Assembly (NCBI RefSeq): GCF_001194135.2
Contig: NC_068982.1
Location: 106,754,945-106,818,944, forward strand
Direction: 5' to 3'
DNA from: Octopus bimaculoides
Lineage: Eukaryota
Length of the DNA: 64,000 bases
The position numbers and the translations under genes were made by a program. The notes beneath the pieces were generated by a model that was not told where the DNA came from, ran no database searches, and worked only from the letters and a program-made list of their open reading frames with translations. The first letter of the stretch is position 1; the number at the start of each line of letters is the position of its first letter. This document shows, in pieces, positions 58,601-64,000 of the stretch.

Positions 58601-61600
58601 ATCAGTGATGCACATATCATCAGCCACTAAGGGACATGCTCAAGTGGTTGATGTCAAGCAACTGACAAGCAAATCTATGGTATTAAGCAGAATATTTGCT
58701 ACAATGGTATTTCTTTTTCAGCAACTCAGTACTGTATCTGTTTGAAATGTAATGGAAAATAGGTCAGTTTCAAAACATTGATGTCAAGGTCTCAAAAGCA
58801 AAGTTTGAAGGGAATAACAGTCATTTTCTTTGATTTCTAGATAGAAGCAAATAGGAAATAACACTTACTGACCAAAGACAAAAAGAAATAAAAATTTTGT
58901 TTTACAGTATAAATTGCTTTAGGCTCAGATGCACGGTAAACAAATGACATCAAACAACAACCAGAAGACATTTCTAGATTTACTAGAAATCATTGCTTGA
59001 TTTATTTGAAATCATTAACATTATTCTCTAATTTAAACATCCAGGAATTACTGTGCAGTTAAGAAGTTTATTTCTTAGTCATTCAACCACAAGCTTTTGG
59101 GTTTGATATCACTGATAGGTACCTTGGGCAAGTGCCTTCTTCAATAGACCTTAGCCAAATAATGCCTCATGAGCGAATTTGGTAGATGGAAACTGAGTAA
59201 AAGAAAGCTCATTGTGATGTTTGTGTTTCTCAGTGCTTCACAACTAGTGTTAGATTGTTTGTGACCCTATAACTTAGTGGTCTAGCAAAAGAGACTGATA
59301 GAATAAGTACTAGACTTAAAAATAGGTGCCAGAGTTGATTTTATTGACTAAACCCTTCAACACAATACCCTAGCACAATCATACTCTAATGACTGAAACA
59401 AGTAAAAGATTAAAAATAGCTTCCAGGGCAAATTATTTGCTCAGACATTATATAACAGAATCCTCATCTTAATTCCAGCTGTTGTATCAACAAGCAATCA
59501 AAAGTTCTTTAATTCTCTGTGTAAAGCAATAGTATTTGCAATGTTACAACATTTGTTGGAACATTGGCAGCATACAGTAGCACCGGAGGTAAGCACTTGA
59601 TCAGAGATACAGTTCACCAAGAACTTAGTTCAACATTATAGTAAATGTTCTGCAGATAGAAACACAAAGGGTTGCCTCAGTGTATGATATTCTTTTATTT
59701 GTTTCAGTCATTTGACTGCAGCCATGCTGGAGCACCGCCTTGAAGAGTTTTTGTTAAACAATTTGACCCCAGGACTTTATTTTTTAAGTCCTAGTACTTA
59801 TTTTATTGGACTCTTTTGCCAAACTGCTAAATTACAGGGACGTAAATACACCAACACCGGTTGTCAAGCGATGATGGAAAAAAACAAACACAGACACATA
59901 GATACACACACACAATGGGCTTCTTTCAGTTTTTGTCTACCAAATCCACTCACAAGGCTTTGGTTGGCCCAAGGCTATAGTAGAAGACACTGAACTCCGA
60001 ACCATGTGATTGGGAAGCAAGCTTCTTACTACAATCATTTCTAATTTATCTTTTAAAAATAAACTGGTGCCTTCTTCCAACATCTCAGTAAAAAGAATAA
60101 AAACAAAAAAATATGTGCACTTCTGCACCTGGCCATTTTGCTTATACACACACATACATACAAGTTAATTTTTTTTCTTCTCATTGTCAAAAGACTAATA
60201 TTTGTAGGGAAAAGGTATTGTGAATTTAAATGATTTCAGTGTATTACTGGTACTTATTTAATTGAATCTTAAATGGTTGAAAGTCAAAGTTAACTAGGCA
60301 TTTGAAATCAGAACAATTAAGGAAGACATTACAAATAGTACAATAGTTAGCCCAGCACTCTACAGTTTCAACTAACTCTATCATCTTTACACATAATATG
60401 AAAATAGTAATACCTTTTTAACTGTTGTCTGAAGATCAATGATGTTGGAAAATTCCTTTGTATCAATAAATGGGAATGTGACTGCAATTATATTTAAATC
60501 TTGTGTGAAACTATAACCTGAAAGAATAAAAATTTAAGAAGTTAAAGATATTAGTTTCAAGCAACAAGCACAAGAGGTTAACAGAGAATTATGACACACA
60601 TTTCTTAAAGATGCAATAAAGCAACTGGAAATTGAAATCTGATTGCAGACTTGGATTGTCAATAATTACTTCTATTCCTTGACAATCATAAAATAAATTT
60701 AAAATATCAACAGTAATAAAAGAGTCACAGACAATGAAGAATCAAATATAAATGATAAAATGCTAAGGCTGAATGAGCCAATGAAGGAACATTTATGTTA
60801 CTGAACTGCTGTAATGCAGCAACCAAGTCTTTGCACCAAACTATTTTGTATATTTACAATGAAATTCATATACTTTAAGTTTCAGATCTGAAGACAGCTT
60901 GCAACTGACCATTGATAACATATTGATTAGACTTTGGTCAAATATTTTAAACTATAAATGAACTCAGGTATGACTGATTAGGGATATTCAAAAACTCCTC
61001 TTTTCCCAGTCCACCTCACTGTAAATTAAATAACAGAAATTGTAAATTTGACATTCTCATCATCATTGTTTAACGTCCGCTTTCCATATTAGCATGGGTT
61101 GGACGATTTGACTGAGGACTGGTGAAACCAGATGGCTACACCAGGCTCCAATCTGATTTGGCAGAGTTTCTACAGCTGGATGCCCTTCCTAACGCCAACC
61201 ACTCAGAGAGTGTAGTGGGTGCTTTTACGTGTCACCCGCACGAAGGCCAGTCAGGTGGTACTGGCAACGGCCACGCTCAAAATGGTGTATTTTATGTGCC
61301 ACCCGCACAAGAGCCAGTCCAAGGGCACTGGCAACGATCTCGCTCGAAAATCCTATGAAGGCCAGTCAGGCGGTACTGGCAATGGCCACGCTCAAAATGG
61401 TGTATTTTATGTGCCACCCGCACAAGAGCCAGTCCAGGGGCACTGGCAGTGATAGTTAAAAAGCTCTAAGGTCAAATGTTACCAAGACCTTTTGGAAGAA
61501 ACATTTCATTTAAAGTGTTTCAGGGGCCAAAAAAATGATTTAGAACATGGGAGGAGAACAGATAAAAATTGTCTCTTGAACATATAAAAATTAAGAAAAG

Positions 61601-61748
61601 AATACACCTACCTAATTTCACGACGGTTTTATTATTAAAAATTTTGTTAAAAAAGTGTGTCCAGTCATCTTTGGAAAGAATTTGTGCCAGTGTTATCACG
61701 TCAACAATGTAGATGCACTCAAGCAGTGCAAGTTGTATGAGTGCAATA
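40877..61748 (-). CDS. EXD3: Exonuclease mut-7 homolog (EXD3/Nibbler), 3' partial gene span, 8 exons in window
   Basis: Eight phase-compatible exons total 1336 nt (~444 aa). They encode DEDDy exonuclease motifs (GYSFTQD, WERRPLR, YAALDAY) followed by Mut7-C ([36 protein letters not shown]). I found no upstream exon with the ExoI DxE motif before 64000. Confidence 0.92.
41515..41609. repeat. (TA)n microsatellite
   Basis: Direct reading. Confidence 0.95.
42294..42384. repeat. (GA)n microsatellite
   Basis: Direct reading. Confidence 0.95.
42779..42991 (+). mobile_element. Full-length SINE family A with 18-bp target-site duplication
   Basis: attattactaggagaaag at 42761-42778 and 42992-43009. 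Confidence 0.88.
43167..43542 (+). mobile_element. Non-autonomous Helentron/HINE (pearl-like) element
   Basis: 5' acaagagcactcagag...cctctgccaagg, (ACAA)n near the 3' end, terminal hairpin taccactacctttgctaaggtggcggta, A-rich insertion site without a TSD. Confidence 0.6.
43646..43774 (-). CDS. EXD3: EXD3 exon g (129 nt)
   Basis: [43 protein letters not shown]; ttttag / gtaaac. Confidence 0.91.
45865..45918 (-). CDS. EXD3: EXD3 exon f (54 nt), followed by a GC donor
   Basis: [18 protein letters not shown]; tttttcag acceptor; donor ATG|GCAAGT, phase 0. Confidence 0.82.
47750..47837. mobile_element. 88-bp mini-MITE with perfect 29-bp inverted arms and TA ends
   Basis: tacaattaaaccttgggagaggcattatg and its exact reverse complement; 30-nt spacer. 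Confidence 0.8.
49533..49751 (-). CDS. EXD3: EXD3 exon e (219 nt), start of Mut7-C
   Basis: EEKSVNCD...[38 protein letters not shown]; ctccag / gtaagt. Confidence 0.9.
53315..55320 (+). mobile_element. Decayed RTE LINE ORF (APE endonuclease to RT)
   Basis: [49 protein letters not shown], with many stops and frameshifts. Confidence 0.85.
55716..55852 (-). CDS. EXD3: EXD3 exon d (137 nt), ExoIII
   Basis: [46 protein letters not shown]; ttgcag / gtaact. Confidence 0.88.
56080..56445 (-). mobile_element. SINE family B, tail type 2
   Basis: Alignable to 22690-23097 in reverse; another copy lies at ~56840-57200. Confidence 0.7.
57870..57999 (-). CDS. EXD3: EXD3 exon c (130 nt)
   Basis: [43 protein letters not shown]; donor gtatgt; acceptor gtgaag is weak but is the only in-phase AG nearby. 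Confidence 0.87.
60414..60517 (-). CDS. EXD3: EXD3 exon b (104 nt), ExoII
   Basis: [35 protein letters not shown]; tttcag / gtatta. Confidence 0.88.
61057..61448 (-). mobile_element. Young RTE 3' UTR copy with a 92-bp internal tandem duplication
   Basis: Units at 61242-61333 and 61357-61448 differ at 3 positions. Confidence 0.88.
61612..61748 (-). CDS. EXD3: EXD3 exon a (137 nt)
   Basis: [45 protein letters not shown]; ttttag / gtaggt. Confidence 0.88.
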
Positions 61749-62274
61749 CTAAAATGAACAACGACAAGAAATTATATGGCAATGGAAAACAAAACAAAAT
61801 ATTTCATTTAAGAAAATTGTTACTCTATATTGAATAGGATTATGTACATTCTTGTTTCTGCATATTTGCATATAATTTTTCATAAATGTTTTATTCCTAA
61901 ATACCTTTACATACGAACAATAACTGCTCACTTTGAATGGTATCTACCTTAAGTTAAATAATTTAAGGCAAGTAAAGTACATTTTCTTTCTTAGAGAATA
62001 CAAATTTATTATGCGATTTAAATCTAACATCTAATAAATGTCTAAGCTTTAAACCCTACAGTGACCAATAATTAAGGACAGTAAATTAAATATGGTGCCT
62101 TACAATGATTTGAATCCATTTAATCTTATTGGTCTAACACTTTCATCACACATCTTGCTATTCTTTTAACCCTGATATGAACAGTGAATTAAATATCATC
62201 AACAATATAAAGTAAAATGACAGCTTGTGAATAAAATGGTGAATTAACTGAAAGCAGATCAAGAGCAGATGACT

Positions 62275-62542
62275 GACATCATCATAATCATCATTGTTTT
62301 ATGTCCGTTTTCCATACTGGCATGGACTGGATGGTTTGACTGAGGTCTGGAAAGCCAGCGGCTGCACCAGACTCTAATCTGAACTGGCAATGTTTCTACA
62401 GCTGGATGCCCTTCCTAATGCCAACCACTCCGAGAGTGAAGTGGGTGCTTCTTATGTTCCACTGGCACAGGAGCCAGTCAGCCGGGCCTGGCATTGATCA
62501 TGTTCCGATGGTGCTTTTTACGTGCCACTGGCATGGGAGCCA
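62275..62542 (-). mobile_element. RTE 3' UTR copy
   Basis: Family C tail. Confidence 0.8.
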
Positions 62543-63349
62543 AAGGCTTATCATCTTCTATTTTTCAGTCTGATCACAATAATGCAATTAATAGTAGGAG
62601 CATTGTTAAAAACATTTGCTACCATACAGTGTATCTGGATAAAGTTAGCCTGCTGAAGCCAATTCTCTTTATAAGAGAATTTGTATGCTAGCATGCTAAT
62701 GAAGCATTTGTCAGTGTTACTGCTGCTTGTAGCAATGAATCCACTACCGTGCTACCTTTTGGTACCTATGCAGAACTAGGTGGCTTTAGCTAGTTAGAGT
62801 ATGTTGGTCATCAAAAGAGACGTGACACAAACAGTCAATTCTTTGGCTGTTAGAGCAATACTAGATTAACTTAGCTCCTGGTAGCTCTTTTTAAATAAAA
62901 CAGAGATGCTTCTTTTAAAAGAAAAATAAATTCAATTCCAAAAACTAGACAAAAGACAATATGCATGTCAAAATGCCAGGAGCAAAAGTAGAGATTGTGT
63001 AAGAAATTTTGTCAGGAATTTGATGTTTCCTCATTCTACTGATGTAGATAAATAGGCATTAGATAGTTTGCTACTGAATTAATCAACAGTTCAAGTGAAA
63101 AGTATGAATCTGAATACTTAAGTACCTGTTTCAACATATACCAAGCATTAAAAAAGATCAAAAGCAAAACAAACAAAAATAATAATATAAACTTACCTAT
63201 AAAAATTATAGTTTTGTAAAACATATCTAAATAAAATGTTCTTTTTATAATAATTAGCTTTTTAATGTTTAACAACTTTCTTGGAGGTGATGAGTTAAAC
63301 AGAAAGATTAGCATTAAATCTAGAAATTAAAGTAAAATATTTAAATTGT

Positions 63350-63560
63350 TTAACCCTTTAGTATTTAATACAGACATATCCGACCCAAAATTTTCTCCAT
63401 GTTTTATGTTCAAACTGATCGGATTCGGTCTCTCACATCCACCTAACAATGTCATTGTAAAAATATACAATCACATCATTGAAATCTCAAAGCTACGAGA
63501 TAATGCATGATTAATTCAAAACAATCTGAATGAATAGGTATTACATTTGATAGAATAATA
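63350..63560 (+). mobile_element. TTAA-CCCTTTAG MITE (piggyBac-like end) truncated by an RTE insertion
   Basis: ttaaccctttagtattt...; a related terminus ctaaagggttaa lies at ~22248-22259. Confidence 0.55.
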
Positions 63561-63950
63561 ATCATCATCATCATTTAGCATCTGCATTCCATGCTGGCAT
63601 GGGTTAGACAGTTTGACTGAAACTGGTTAGCTGGAGAGCTGCACCTAGTTCCAATCTGATCTGGCATGGTTTCTATGGCTGGATACCCTTCCTAACACCA
63701 ACTGCTCCTGGAGTGTAATGGGTGCTTTTTACATGCCACTGAGATAGACACCAGTTACATGACACTGGCATTGGCCACAACTTGGCTTGACAAGACCTTT
63801 AGGCAATATACCATGCTTGAGCATGGTATTTTGCCAAAGGTCTTGGTCAATTATCACCTCTGTGAGGCCCAACATTTGAAAGGTGCTTTTTACATGCCAG
63901 CAGCACAAGTAACTGTTATGTGAGGCCAGCATCCGCCATGACTATGGTTT
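63561..63950 (-). mobile_element. RTE LINE 3' end
   Basis: Family C tail plus ORF-end remnant. Confidence 0.8.
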
Positions 63951-64000
63951 GCGAAAGGGTTACACTGAGTTTCGCACAAAGTTTACTAAAAAGCTTATAA

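Noticed and set aside
62580-63200. Possible next upstream EXD3 exon (acceptor-like sites at ~62765 and ~63125)
   Set aside because: The translations lack the ExoI DxEW motif and end in stops. The exon probably lies beyond the window.

Overview
AT-rich, microsatellite- and SINE/LINE-dense eukaryotic DNA. It is most likely from an octopus or other coleoid cephalopod; this is inferred from recalled repeat families and composition, not from a database search. Two spliced genes lie on the minus strand, both reconstructed by hand from splice sites and reading-frame phases. The first is a complete 19-exon SEC63 (ATG at 37207, stop at 6414; 2334 nt CDS, 777 aa; J-domain with HPD, Sec63/Brl domain, acidic tail). 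The second is the 3' part of EXD3/mut-7/Nibbler (8 exons, 61748 to 40877; DEDDy exonuclease motifs II and III plus a Mut7-C domain), whose 5' exons appear to lie beyond the window. One EXD3 intron appears to be GC-AG. The introns hold many 5'-truncated RTE-clade LINEs, two tRNA-derived SINE families and several DNA-transposon MITEs. The clearest structural observations are: a Penelope-like GIY-YIG fragment flanked by ~186-bp inverted pseudo-LTRs; an intact 375-bp MITE with perfect 37-bp TIRs and an 8-bp TSD (Merlin-like); a TCTCGCGAGA palindrome just upstream of the SEC63 start; several long intronic inverted repeats; and two short hairpins around the last EXD3 exon. I found no prokaryotic features or CRISPR arrays, and no convincing wholly novel system. 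Repeat boundaries are approximate, and identities are estimated by eye.
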